From Tubulanus polymorphus (lineage: Eukaryota; Animalia; Nemertea), in the NCBI RefSeq assembly GCF_964204645.1, contig NC_134028.1:13253263-13317262 (forward strand): a stretch of DNA of 64,000 nt, in the 5' to 3' direction. The notes under the pieces were generated by a model that was not told the origin of the DNA, ran no database searches, and saw only the letters and a list, made by a program, of their open reading frames with translations. Both the position numbers and the translations under genes were made by a program. This document shows positions 12,781-26,469 of this stretch, in pieces. Every line of letters starts with the position of its first letter. The first letter of the stretch is position 1.

Positions 12781-14730
12781 GATGGCAAGCCGTGCCACAC
12801 TGCCTTTGAAAAGGAGGATATTGTAGACCTCAGAATGTCTATGAGCGCTGTACCGGAGTATGAAAAGGACTCGATTATCTTGGGCAAAATCAGTTCATTC
12901 ATGTTCAATGAGAAAATGACAGTTTCTAGCAAACAAAACAAGAAAGAATTTCTAAAAATGTGCTTGCTGACATGGTTGTACTGAAAGCTGGCTTGGTGGT
13001 TTTGTATTTCTGTAGTAGAATTAACCGAACTTTGAACTGATTACTTTTTAAAGAGCTAAGGGTCAAAGAGATCGGTGTTGTCTTATGAAATGTTACACAC
13101 GGGGACTGGGAATCGGAATGGTTTTATTGTAAACGTGGACCAAGTAAGCTTTTGGATAGTTGTTATTTGAATATTGTAGTATCTTAACGGAATCTATTAT
13201 CATGTTGATAATTGCTAGATTACTTATCGGATTGTGTTGAAATGATTTTACATAGAAACATTTACAACTGAAAGAAAAAACTTGACTAACTCGAGTGACT
13301 TCAGGTGAAGAGAAGCGAACACGAAAATAGATAGGAGCCACGATTTTTCTTTTTGAAATAATAAGACATTAAGCAAGAATGCAAGCATGCAAGCCCATGA
13401 AAACCAAACGGCGAGAAAACAGCAGCGTACGTGGTATTATGTTCTGGGGCGGCGTTGTTGTCGAGAGATGATTAAATTTACTCACTGGTAAGTGCAATGA
13501 TTCTATTCCTACTGGGCTATAAATTCGATTCAAAATCTGTAGACCTAGGCCTGTGTGATTATTTTGATGAATTTATCCCCATTTCTTTACAGCATTAGCC
13601 AAGAGGTAGCCACTCATAAAACATTACAAGGAAAATGGTTTACCACCACGATACAAAGAATCTGGTGGCCGCCGAGAGAAAAATAAACGAATCATCAGTT
13701 TCGATGATACTACATGAGTCATCACCTTCATCGTCAACTTAGCCGAGATCCACTCAATGTCGTTACCCGGCAGGGTGCCAGGATACAAACGATTCGACAT
13801 TAAACTCCCTTGTCGCACATGACCAAAGCCAGTATTTGGAGGATGTATAAGCAAGCTATGGTGTCAGCTGGTAAGTTTGAAATTAATCAATTTTTTAACT
13901 GTTTATATCTGACATTCTTTTTAGGCCTAGGTGAGAATAAATTGCATCACGTATTGGATGGTCGAAGCAGCACTCAGTTATCAGTTTTGGGGACTAAAAA
14001 TGGTTTCTGACAGACTGAGAGTAATGTTGTTCCAGAAGGTTATCTCACAGTATGGTAACAAGTTCTAAAAATCTATTTTACAGAGTTTCGTGCCGTCAGT
14101 CTGCATTCATTTAGAAAACTTTGGAGAACTCTTCTGCTGTTCTATGTTCTCAGCCGACCGATGAGGGACCTCTGTTGGACATGTCACGAGAATAATTCGG
14201 CAATTTATCGTAGTGTAAATATTCAATTATAAGAAATGAAAACTGATCGTTTACGTGCGCAGGAGGACCATCTTACTAAGGTAACATTGGAACGGTCACT
14301 TTATTAATCCATGGTTGCGGACTGCAAATCTGTAATTAACTCACTTGGTTGCAAGCAGCTCGCCAGTAATGCACTTGCCTCGAATGATATACATGTACAC
14401 TATAGTATAGTGAACCATTCTGCTATCTGAACCATTTCTTTGAGAATTATGGATTAAGTGAAAAACATGTCGACCTTCACTGCGATAATTGTAGCGGACA
14501 AAACAAGAACAACTGTTTTTTATGGTACCTTACTTGGCGTACCATACATAGACTTCACGCATCGATAACCATGAACTTTTTGATAGCTGGCCATACAAAA
14601 TTTGCTCCTGACTGGTGTTTCGTACTAATAAAGCAGAGGTATAGACGGAGTATGGTTTCCTGCCTCAACGACATCGCAGAAGTGGTTAATGCCAGCACTA
14701 CAGTTGGAAACAATATCTTGAATTCTGCAG
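12781..14730 (+). pseudogene. Sola1/DUF7869-like transposase pseudogene with intron(s)
   Basis: GKPC..F....I...R...EKD.IILGKI; LPGRVPGYK; intron GTAAG 13871 to AG ~14083; PMRDLCWTC; HCDNCSGQNKN; FLIAGHTKFAPDWCF. Possible right terminus ...ccagtcac|atat at ~15758. Confidence 0.8.
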
Positions 14731-16016
14731 TTTCAACACTAGAGATATTTCCTGTCCATTACCCAGTGATCGCCAGCCAGTTGCACACTTAGAACTCTCT
14801 TTTGATGAATTAGATGTGCCGGTTCTGCCTCCAGCCAAACATGGCCGGAGTGCATATTCAAATTCTGGACGTCGTCAGGATCGAGGTCATAGTTATGGAG
14901 TAGTTTTATAAACTGATCATGGATATCTTGATATTGAACTGTTAGGCCTAATACATAAGTGATTGTATGATGAGATTGAATGGATACACGGCATTGTGAA
15001 GTATGAATTGTTCGGTTCGACAGTAATAGTTCTAAAGCCTGATTGGTCACGAATCTGTTAAAATGAATTGTGTAATGATTACCCTTTAAATTGTGCAGTG
15101 TTCATTTAAAAGAAAATATACGGTTCATGATACAGTATCGATATATCTGGAATTTCTGAAGAGCAGGTTTTGATTTTTGGTGAATCGCAGTCTGAAGAGG
15201 TGATCGATCTGGAATTGGTAATTTAGCAATGTATCTAAAAATAAATCATCTCATAATCTCCCACTTCCTTGCTTCAGTACCACATACAACCATTTCTTGC
15301 ATGTATCTCTCTGTTTTAAATTGCGATTTGAATCTGTTTGAAACATGATTAAAAATTTTGAAATTTTTTCAAATTTTCCAATTCTCGAATATTCGTATTA
15401 TTTTCAGTCGCCAAAATTTTGACAAACTATCAACAGGAATCTTGGTTATTACGAGAAATATATTGTACATGGACCCACCAAGCTATGGTGAGAATTTGAA
15501 GACATTATCTCAACCTTAGGACAATGGTTGCTATGGTGCATTGTTGAACTAAGTACCCCCAACTTTAACCCACGATTTCTCAGAAACCACTTCAGCCGTC
15601 CATAGATCTTTAAAATGGCATAACTTGATCAATTTTTGAGATATCAATATAATTTTTTTTTAAATTGATTTAAGTTTATACAGTGGCTTTCAGGATATGT
15701 GTTAATCTCAAATTTGATCATTTGACCCAACTGACTGATTTTGCCAGCACCAGTCACATATGAGAAATATTTAGATTAAAAATTCATATGATATCACCAA
15801 TCAGAGGGTGTGAAAGAAGTAGAGAATGAAATTAACTGCTGTTGCTACACCCCAAATGGGCTAAATCACTTGATTCTGTCTATGAACAGACAGCCAAATA
15901 GAAAGGTAGATACACAATTGTTTTTAGAGAGGAATCTTAAGTGTCTCAAGCCCCTCATAGATTTAAGCTTAGTTTACAGCTGGCCTAACAATGTGTATAT
16001 CAACAACTCAACTCAC

Positions 16017-16129
16017 CTAAATGTAGCATCAAGTTGTTGGGCAGCAGTTCCAGCAGCAATATATACAGGATGTTGAGTGGCTGGAGACCAGGCTATATTA
16101 GCCGTCCTTCTAATTTCTTTAACTCTCAT
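16017..16129 (-). CDS. SEC31A: SEC31 (COPII coat WD40 protein), first coding exon
   Basis: Manual translation MRVKEIRRTANIAWSPATQHPVYIAAGTAAQQLDATF(S) matches the Sec31 N-terminus (MKLKEVDRTA..AWSP....PIYLATGTSAQQLDATFS). GTGAG donor at 16016-16012; ttttcctag acceptor at 16148-16149 (exon 16017-16147 includes 5' UTR). Confidence 0.95.
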
Positions 16130-16289
16130 AATAGGGCTTCCTCTATCCTAGGAAAATAAAAATTATAATTTGATGAAAATTTAAATCAGTTAAATATATT
16201 GGCACATTTGCATTTTTGGTGAAACGCATGACGAACTGATATTTTCAATATCAAACACCCCATGCTGAATACAGTTAACAAAGTGCTTG

Positions 16290-16830
16290 ACGTATCGGCC
16301 CCACTCCGCGCGGTTGCGCCAACACGCGGGATTTACGCGAAGCAGCAAACACAAACATGGCCACTCTCTCAATTTTCAATGATAGATATCGTGTGTGCAT
16401 TTCAATTATTTCGGCTGTTAGGGTTTTAAGGCACAATATAAGTTGATGATGTGATATGGCGATGTTAATTAATGATAATACCGCAGTGAAGCTAGTCACG
16501 AACGGTGCCGATTGAGTGTACAGCTGCCAAAACACTGAAATGTGCGTAGTTGCGTAACTATTTGCGGTGAATTGCAGACGAAACATGAAGCCTTAACGGC
16601 CGTTTAAAAAAAATTATACCAATCGCAATTGTAAAATAAAAATGAGATAGAACCTAAGTAACTATTCTGGCCATTTCTAAAATGTTATTACTAACTTTTA
16701 GTCAGTGCCGAACGTTTAGTTTTCCAATAATAATGAGGGGTGGTAGGTAGTCATGCAGTCAAGTCATCATTTATTACACGTTACTTCCGTGTTGTTGAAA
16801 ATCTCGCGAGTCCTGGACCAAACCCCATTG
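16290..16830 (-). promoter_or_regulatory. Candidate SEC31 promoter / 5' UTR exon region
   Basis: CpG-rich patch at 16290-16370 just upstream of the first coding exon. ETS-like ACTTCCG (~16783) and TCTCGCGAG (~16802) motifs are typical of housekeeping promoters. TSS and donor site not located. Confidence 0.3.
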
Positions 16831-17114
16831 AACAAAGTGATCTGTGTGCTGGCCACAAATGCACACAGATCAGACTACACTACCCGTTACACACTCCAGT
16901 ACCCACAGCTTTCATATATCCATCCAAATATTTAGAGTGTCTTTCTTCCTGGATCAGAAGATGTATCTGGGGTAGATACATGTATAAACCAAACATGAAG
17001 ACAATCCATACATGCATCTTCAAAACGTACCACAATAACTGGATTCCGTCTACAATTCAACGCCCCTGGTGACCACATAGAATAACTAATGACTTTGACC
17101 CTCACCACAATCAT

Positions 17115-19560
17115 CCTGGTTGACTGCAAAACCTAAGTCGCGCACTAAATCTAGAGCATATCTGGGGGAGGTCTCCTTCGGAAGGGAAGGCGATACCCAG
17201 CAGAGACGGTGCGTGTCTCCCAGGTATCGCCTAAGACGGCGTTCCAGTGGGAAGCATAATAACTGAGGCACGGACCCACTGGACGGTAACCTTCATTTAC
17301 CTTTTGCCTGTTTGCGAAAGGGCTGGCCCTTTTTGGGCCTTTGCTCTTGATTTGCCCAGCCAGACTGCTTGTACTGAGAGGAGCGGTTGGCACCCTCCTG
17401 AAGCGTTACAACAATTGACTGACGGGTAGAGGAGGAAGACTTCTGAGTAGATTCCTGCTTTTTCGAAATGCGATAAGGGCCGGTCTCTGTTGGGTCTCCT
17501 TGAGCTTCTGGGCTTTATGCGCAGCCGGGCCGCGTCATCCGGAGAACAAACGGCTGGAGAGACCTAGCAAGGCTCTGTACAGTCTGTTTTACCGAAACCG
17601 GTAGCTTGGTTTCTTTTAATAAAGAATGTCCGGCTATCAAGGCTAGGTTCGCCTGTCGCCCAACAGCGACCGGGACCTGGTGGCAAATGGACTTTGCCGA
17701 TGACTGCAGAAGCAGATCTAATGTGGCTACACCGTCGGTGGCCTGCGTCTAAGTCTGGGCTGGGTGACGCGAGCTGAGTCTTGGCGGCCGCTAGATCCCC
17801 GTGCATCGCCACTAGGGCGATGTCTTGGAACGATCCTATTTGACACATGCTTTCGGCTAACGACTGCATGGCCGCCATGGCCTGTTTTGGCATGGAATAG
17901 TGAGCCGGGTGCACGACGGTATGCCTAGGGTGGATGCGTCGGTGTCGATGACACTGTTCGGCTTAAAGGAAGCACCAGGAGTCGCATAATAACGCGATCT
18001 AAACCTAGTTATAGGTGGCTCTAGGCAGGATATTGTACAAGGACAGGCTGTACAGCTGACGGGTCCTCCAGTTGATGAAAAATCTGGGAGGCTACACCCC
18101 TAGGCTGCGATACCTTAGGTTTAGGTATCGAACCCTGGTATTACAAGAAAATATCTCTTATTAGTTCCGAGAAAGGGCATGTCTCCCGCCGTCAACACCT
18201 CAGTTGCGACTGAAGGGACCGGTGAGACCGCCCTTCTACTACGAGGGAGACTGACCTCCAGCTGCACAGGGTCCGGTGTCTGCTTTTCAGTCAATTGAGA
18301 CAGCACCTGTGAAGGCCCAGGGGGGAGCCAGCTACTGGGGTCTCCTCATCAAAATCGTTGTCTCGATCGAGCCCTAACTCGTGGGAGAAATCCTCCTCGG
18401 AGACCGGAGGATTATCTAACACCCCTTGTTTCGAGTGCAGAGACCGCAATTCCGCCAGGAACAGACATCTGAAGCTTAATAGCCGCTAACACCGATGACA
18501 TATCTTCGGAGGATGACGGTTGGCACGACGCCGAACGCACTATAGGTGAGCGTGAACAGGATTGATAGCGAGGTACTGGAGACGAGTGCCTTATACGATA
18601 CCTCTCATAATCCCTGTACATTTGGGCACGGGTGAGAGATGCCCAATTGGGCAAACGGGAACGTTTGCACCTATGGGTGATCGGGACCGGGGGATTTCCC
18701 GGGGCTGAGCCGGCACTTGGTCGACCGATTTTCTGTTGCCAGGAACTGGCTGCTCCTAGGTAACGACAGGATTCTGTGAGCTTGTAGGTCTGACCGGGAC
18801 CAATGGAGCCATAGAAACCTCCGAAGCAACAGACATGTCTGCTGCTTTAGACTTCGATTTAAGCGAAACGTAGGAGCAGGATTTGTTCGCCGGTTTCCAG
18901 GTGGACTCCTCCCAACCCTAGAAAACCGAACATCTAACTGATCTTGAACAAGCAGATCCTTTCTGAGTAGAACGACATTTTTGGCAGGTGGGGTGCAAGT
19001 CCCAGATGCCTAAAAATTCGGTGCATGTGGCACCCGAACACCGCTTCTGACCCTTTGGTACAGAAACACCGTTTGACATTTTACTGAAATTTAAGTACAC
19101 TTTTAATACAGATATAAAACGAAGTGCAAAAATCATACATTTATATCTATTAATACGGAATCGATTAAATCGAACGACAAATTACACCACGAGATATAAA
19201 ACAGAACTTAGGCCTACGGACAACCCAGAGGGGAGTAGTGTGTACTGATAAAATTGAGCTTATAACGATCATGAGCGACTGGAGAAGGAAGGGATCAATC
19301 GATAAATCTAAATTTTCCAAATTCAGAATTCATGAAAAGAACTCTCACCGAGAGCTGACTGAACAATCAACGATTCCCCACTGTTGTCCTTCTATTGTCA
19401 CCATACAAAGGTCCACACACAAACGTCTATAGGGTTGATTTAACTCGATTTTCCTACCACACAAAGAAGGAAGACAACGCGGGTCCCCTCCAGTGAAAAA
19501 AGATGGCGGTTTCAGGTGGAGGGCGCCACCGCTCGGTCTCAAAGTCGTTAATTCCTGGCG
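17115..19560 (-). pseudogene. Internally deleted DIRS1-like tyrosine-recombinase retrotransposon
   Basis: Gag N-terminal Cys/His cluster RCSGATC....WDLHPTCQKCRS...CSRSVRC. RT start PVGPCLSYYASHW....DTWETRTVSAGYRLPFRRRPP is fused to LVRDLGFAVNQ. Confidence 0.8.
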
Positions 19561-20028
19561 GGTTTTCCGGCCAAGCTAGTTTTGGCTATGTATGTTTTAC
19601 AGGGAATGTATTGACGGGAATATCACTGTTTCAGACCCAGAATGTCATCTGGAATTCAAAACAGCTTTTTATTTTATGATATCTTACTGGAAAGTAGATT
19701 TTTAGCCTGGATTTTGTCTCAAGATTATCACGATCGTTTAATAAATTGCCCATGGGCAAAGTGTGGTTTACCTTGAAAGCTAGAGGTTGTTTGGAATAAG
19801 GGCATTGCTTGAAAAATCTTTTTAATTCATGACTTCAAAGTTCCACAAGTTTATATTGTATTTTATCTTACTTAAAGAATTATTTTGTAGTCAAATAAGC
19901 ACAAAGATATACATTTGGTTACGGTCCACGTCCAAAAGTTTGTAGGGTACAGGTAGGCGCGGCAGGGAAACTATTTTATATTTTCAAAAAAAAAATATGT
20001 TTCACAATATAAAAAAATATTCAAATAA

Positions 20029-21157
20029 GGCCCAAAATAATTGTCTGTTTGCTATAACACAGACTCAACTTTTCAGGATGAGTCGGTAGGTAGGTAGAAA
20101 TTTTTTTGCAAAAAAAAACCAAATTTATCACCTTTTTACATGGAAACAATATCGCAAAAATCATCTACGTTGTGCACGGGAAATTTGTCTAATAGCGTAG
20201 ATTTCGAGAATTAATCTAAAATTATAAGTTCGTTCAGAGCGTCATCTAGGCCTATGTGTTAAAAATGATACAGTACATTGAATACCGTAAAAACCGGCGT
20301 ATAAGTCGAGTTTTTAACCCTTGATTTTACCACTTAATTATTGACCTCGACTTATACGCCGAGTACAGTTTTCTACTAAGTATTTTCAGGTCACAAGAAA
20401 TATTGATTCTACCAGACAAAAAAGACACTGTTCATCTTCTCACTGCTATAACAGTTTGAATAATTATTCATGATAAATAAATTTATTTAATGAAAAAAAA
20501 CTTCTTTCATTTTGACACAGCTTCATTTAAAACGATGTATTCATATATGCGCGCTCATAGCAGCGCTTAATACATTAGGCTATATATAGCGTGTGACTCA
20601 CACTACTGTATCACTGTATGGTAGTGTATTATACCTGAGTGTGTGTGTAACAGTCTATTGATTAACGCACTGCAGCAATCAGGCTGACGCGTGGTGCACA
20701 TCGTTATCAAAACAAACTATTTAATATGATACAAGTAATTATTCTTCTAAGAGAAGGGACTCTACTTATAAGCCGGATATATGTTAAAATCATGAAATGT
20801 AGGTCTAAAAATCGACCTCGACTTATACGCTGCGTAGACTTATACGCCGGTTTTGACGGTATGTGCGCGCTTTTACGTTACCAGCTTTAATATAGTCACT
20901 ATTAGAATGAATGGCAGCTTATTGGAACACTGCCAGTTTCCTGGAAAACGTAAACTAGGCCACATGTCAAGGCATGTTGTCACACGATGCACACTTGAAT
21001 TCAAACATACGTTGCTCATAGTCGGCAGTGTGTCGGTCGGCCGTTTTTATCAAAAATAAAATCTATTTCAATGAATCCCAGAAAAAAGTTTACACTCGGT
21101 ACCTTTGAAGTCGGGTTGGTCGGGTTACGGCAAACAGATCATTATTTTGGGATGGCC
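20029..21157. mobile_element. Non-autonomous DNA transposon with GGCC termini and TAA TSD (Harbinger/Zator-like)
   Basis: taa|ggcccaaaataattgtctgtttgc ... gcaaacagatcattattttgggatggcc|taa. A second copy lies at 22799-23271. Confidence 0.7.
20285..20859. mobile_element. Tc1/mariner (Tc2/pogo-type) MITE
   Basis: TA|ccgtaaaaaccggcgtataagtc ... gacttatacgccggttttgacgg|TA; nested in the element above. Confidence 0.85.
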
Positions 21158-22515
21158 TAAAATTCATATGATGTCACATAGGCCTATCAGAGAGTGGCTG
21201 AATATTGGGTCTTGGAAACCTCTTCCAATGTTGGTCACGGAAGCTAAAATACCGGTACAGAAGAAATCGGCTATTAGATCGTTTTAAATTCTGGAATTTA
21301 CCACTACAATATTCAGACAACGACAGACCTTATAGTTTGCTGCTTAGTATTTTCAGGTCACAAGAAATTACAATTTAGGCCTATTACAAATTCTATCGAA
21401 CAGAAAACACAGTGCTCATCTTCTGCTACGATTATTCAGCCTTTTTTCATGTCAAATGTGCACGCGTTACAGCATCACCCTTAGTAGTGTACTGTACAAG
21501 CTAGTGTGTGTGGTATAGCACTCTGCGTGCATGTGGAGGCCTCGTGTAAGTGAATATTCGCTTACACTTCAATGTCAATCAAAACAATCACCGGGTATTA
21601 AAATGAAACAATATCATGGCAGATGAGTGAAATAATTACATCCTCACCAGCAATGAGCAATTGAAATCGGCACGTACGTATACGGCACCTAGTCCAATGA
21701 AACGTACGCCATTCTATGGCTTTCCCATAATTATTTTAGTAGCGCCGGAATTCCCCGTATATCCCAAAAACAGCCAATCACATTCGCTCGTAGAGACGAC
21801 GCCCCCCAATCGAGGTCATTGCAATTTTATACGCGAGAGCTAAGAATTTTCCTGCCAAAAACAGTTTTTCGTAGAATTTTAACTCAGTTGACCATGTCAT
21901 CGACGGAGGTTCGCCATGTCTTCAATCGCATCGATTATACGTTGTTTAAGCCACGAACCAATGAAACAAATGCTCACATAAAAAAGTACTGCGATTTTAC
22001 ATGAATTGGCTCAATGCCAACATCATATCGCTGACAAAGGTAAACCAAAAAGGTCAATGCTACCACCAATATGTCCACGAAATGTGGCACAATCTGGGTA
22101 AGTCAATCCGTGGTTGACGATGAACTTGATAAATTAGCCCAACATAAGGTAGCGTAAAGGATGCAGTTTTAAGTCAGATCAATTTTCATAAACATGTACT
22201 TAAGTCAAAAGGTCCAAAAGAGTGTTTTTACCAGTCACAGACTGTTAATGGTCAACTTTAAAGCAAAACTCGAAACTTAGTGAGCTGAAACTGGCTGATT
22301 AAGCCATAAACGACTGTGAAAGTTTCAAAACTGAGTGGCTGATAAAATGGCTGATTCTGCCGTTATTGGCAGAAAACGCCGAAATAGGCAGAATAAGCCG
22401 TTTTTGGAAAGTGTTCCTGACTGATAACAGTGGTGGTAATTATTTAGATGGCGGGTTGATATAAGTTGTGTAAACGACCTACTGTCTGTCACACCTGCTC
22501 TCCGTGCGATGTTTT

Positions 22516-23743
22516 CAGGGTTCATTGTCTCAAGCTCAGGTGAAATTCAAGCCATTTCAAGCTAGATTTATACTATTTTCAAGCTATTTTTAAGGCACGT
22601 TGGAAGCAATTTTCGACAGTCGCAGCCAATTTGCCTATTTCTAACAGGTTCGTATAAAAATGTTTAAAAAAGGTAAAATTTTGATTCCAGTGGAACCTCA
22701 GAGTTGATACGATTCTGTTTGAGATGAAACCCGTTTATCACAATGATTTTCAGCATTTCCTAGCTTAGATATTCATATCAATCAAGATTTGGATATTAGG
22801 CCATCCCAAATTAATTTTCTGTTTTGCCGTTACACCTACTAAAATTTTTGGGATAAGTCAGTAGGAAGGAAGAATCATTTTTTTTTGCAAAATTTTGGGG
22901 CAAAAAAAACAACAAATTTATTATCACCTCTTTTAGTGGAAATAATATCCCAAATCTGCATTCCAAATGAAACAGTAGACTTAATATATGCACGCTATAA
23001 CATTACCAGCTTTAATATAGTCACTAAGAATGAATGGCAGCTTATTAGAACACTGCCAGTTTTTTGGAAAACTTCAACTATAGTCGAGGCATGTTTTCAC
23101 ACAATGCACACTTAACTTCAAACATACATAGCTCATACATCGGCAGTGGGTTGGCCATTTGTATCAAAAATAAAATTTATTTCAATGAATCCAAGAAAAA
23201 AGTTTCCACTTGGTACCTTTGAAGTCGGGTAGGTCGGGTGACGGCAAACAGACCATTATTTTTGGATGGCCTAATACGAAATTTAAAATGTTCAATGACT
23301 TTGACTAGGTCGCGGTGCCTTCAACATGGCTCTCACACCTGGTGTGGGATTTCAATGCCATTTTACATCAATGCTCGATAACATGCATGACTGAAATTTC
23401 CCCATATGTTCAAGTCTCCAGACACCGGAGAGTTTCACCATAAGTCGCAGTGCAAGTGAGTCTCGCGATTTAATACAATTCAATTAATTTCTTTATGGAT
23501 GCCACAAACATGATGCACGCATAGAAACGACTCAAGAACATATTCTGTCTGCGATTTCATCGAAAAAAATTCGCGAAGAAGAAAATTTGTGATAATCAAA
23601 CATTTCAAGCCATATCTTTTTATTTCAAGTCTAAAATAATTATTTCAAGCTTTCGATCTATTTTCAAGCTGTTTTCAAGCGCTTGAGTAGTATTTCTCAA
23701 ATTCAAGCCATTTCAAGCTTTTCAAGCACCGCGACGAACCCTG
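22516..23743. mobile_element. hAT5-like non-autonomous element
   Basis: TIR cagggttc/gaaccctg; 5-bp TSD gtttt; subterminal ttcaagc repeats at both ends. Confidence 0.75.
22799..23271. mobile_element. GGCC-terminus MITE (second copy)
   Basis: ggccatcc...ggatggcc with tta/taa flanks; internal identity to 20860-21157. Confidence 0.75.
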
Positions 23744-23878
23744 GTTTTAGTCCGTAATTTCGTTAATAATCAGTTGATCTGCGAATATTATGCATCAATT
23801 TGTTCAGTAAGGAATTTGCATAAATTTGTTTGTTCGGGCTTTTCTGGCCCGTCACGTGGCACCACCTGCTGTAATTTG

Positions 23879-25359
23879 GGTAAAAGTGCAGATCCGCACC
23901 TCTCTTGATTGACCTATCTACTGAATTACAAATCACTGTTCTAACTTCAGAATGTCTCACAGAATCAAATGCAGTGATTTATTTTATGATATCTCTTCTA
24001 GAAAGCAGATTTTTGGCCCGGTTTTTATCTCAGCATCTTGACGTTCTTTCGATAGGACGCCATATTGGATTAGAAAATCTGAAGTGAAGATTTGTCTTAA
24101 GTTATTACTGAAATGATGTGAGGGTAATCAGTACATAAAACTAATCAAATTTTTGTCAACTGTCACTGGGGTTATTAATGCAAACCAAATTTCAAGATAT
24201 CATCGTTGAAATAGACAAGAAATTTATATTTTTCTTCCTCAAAATGAGTGGGTCATGAAATATTGTTTCAGCAAATATTCGAAACAAATCTTCACTTTAG
24301 ATTGACCCATCCAATATGGCGTCTGGTTCAAAAATCATGACGATCTCGAGACAAAATCCAGGCTAAAATGCACTTTCTAGTGTAGATACCATAAAATAAA
24401 CCAGTGTCCTGAATTGTAGTTAGTTACCTAATCGTTGGTGGTAAGCTTTTTATAATCGGATGGGCTTATACCAATGCTAGGGATGACAAGGGCCAAAACA
24501 CGGTTGAAAAAAGTAACACTTCAAAAATATACTTTCTATTCACTTCAGTCCACAATTAGGTAATGGCTTAATTCACAAACTAACACAGGTACCTTTCGAA
24601 ATAATCCAATTTTATGTATGTTTCGAGTGATTAATCAACATTATTTTGAGAAATTAATTAATTTCTCCACAAATTTCGCCAGTGGCCGCCATTTCTCTGT
24701 ATTGCACATGTGGCATGATAAGTCAAGGGGACCTACAAGGATTTATATAAAACTTCCCAGACGAAACGACAACTTTTATTTTTGATGGTTTTCCAACTTA
24801 TATATCAAGTCATCGTGTTTTCCATAATGAATAAGGAAATAATAAATTCTGGTAAAAGAAAAATGTAAATAAGTGTTGATTTCTTAATTTTTTCAATTTC
24901 GTCCTTTCGCTTCGTTAGTTTGTGCTGTTGTCCTGGCCTCAGTCCACAGGTGCCAGCACCTCCAGTAATTTTCAAAATGGCAGCTGTTGACTCGACGGAA
25001 ATTTACTCTCACTTTACGGCCGATTTGCACATGGATTAAGATCGTCAGGTGAGGTGTTATAGGTATCAAACAAACTACGAATCTGTTGTGCGTCGATTAC
25101 AACAAAAATTAGACGGATATCTTAAGAGACAATGAAATGCCAGGCAAATTACTCGTCAGTCAAATTGGCTGACGAAGATTGCATACAAAAATGACCTTCC
25201 CATTCCTGACTGTGGTTTGTGAAAATATCCGATCGTGAAACTAAACCAGAGACAGGTAAATGACTACCTGAATTGCTTATGACATTTTGGGTCTGAATCA
25301 GTGATATCTAATTTAATTGATTGAACCATCTACGAGAGGTGCGGATCTGCACTTTTACC
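23879..25359. mobile_element. Merlin-like non-autonomous element with long inverted arms
   Basis: TIR ggtaaaagtgcagatccgcacctctc at both ends. Imperfect 8-bp TSD gtaatttg/atattttg. A related arm fragment lies at ~19620-19735. Confidence 0.7.
24417..25266. mobile_element. TAG...CTA non-autonomous element with 9-bp TSD (AcademH- or hAT19-like)
   Basis: Perfect TSD cctgaattg at 24408-24416 and 25267-25275; TIR tagttagttacct / aggtaaatgacta. Confidence 0.7.
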
Positions 25360-26469
25360 ATATTTTGTTATACTAATGAGCAGGTGATGACGTCACTGTA
25401 ATGTTTCCGAGTGTCCGCGGAGTGGATTTTTAAGCATTAGGCCTACGCAATTGTACAGTCATCCTTATTACCGAGATGACGTATTTTACCGAGATGAAAT
25501 TAAATATAACATATTTATTTATTCCTTATCGATTTCTACCATTGAAATCATATTATATCAGTAATAAATGCCTGCTGAAATAAATAAATATAGCTGCAAA
25601 GCAGCGATAACGGGTTTTCTGCTGTCTTAGAATCCTGTTCATCGGTGGATTTCGACAAAGCATTTGATAAGGCACAACATCAGCCATTACTAACTAAACA
25701 GGCTATTAGGAAACAGTATCAATGATAGGTCGCCCAAATGGCTCAGCAGTTATCTCTGAACGAAAACTTATAGCCAAAATCAATGGAACGCCTCATCTTG
25801 GAATAAGTCGGTCTAACTAGTGGAGTCACGCTAGGTAGTATCCTAAGTCGTCTACTGTTTAATGTCCTGACAAATGACATACACAGTAATCCAAAATATA
25901 CCGCAAATCAATTGTGACAAAGTATTGATGCGAATGACCTATTTAGTTCATCGACCATGTACCGAACACTATTATTGTGCCCCAGCATTTGGGGTATTCT
26001 ACTTGAACCCCAACATTCAATATGTCCACCAGATTCTGGTGATGATAAAGTAATTTTAATTTTTCTGCCAACTTCATTTCTTCTTTCATATTCATCTAAC
26101 ATTAAACATCATTAAGTATGCGTCCCCTTATTGAAATTAGGTTAACCATCTCAATATATCGATGTAACTAGGAAGACCTTATTTAAAATGTCGTGATTTT
26201 TATGTCGACTTTTTGCGATATTGTCTCAATAAATTGCCATACGTATCACGACATTTTAGCTAAAGGGGTGATAATTATGTCGACGGTACGAGGTTATGTT
26301 GAGATACAGACGTCGAGATTGGTGAAAGGCGTGATCCGTATAACGATTTATCATGATATTAACACGATATATCGACTTAATTATGTCGATAAATCGCGAT
26401 ATATCACGTTTGTTCGACATAATTTCGTCGTGATAAAAGGTCGCGACGGTTTTGTACGGGTCCCATATA

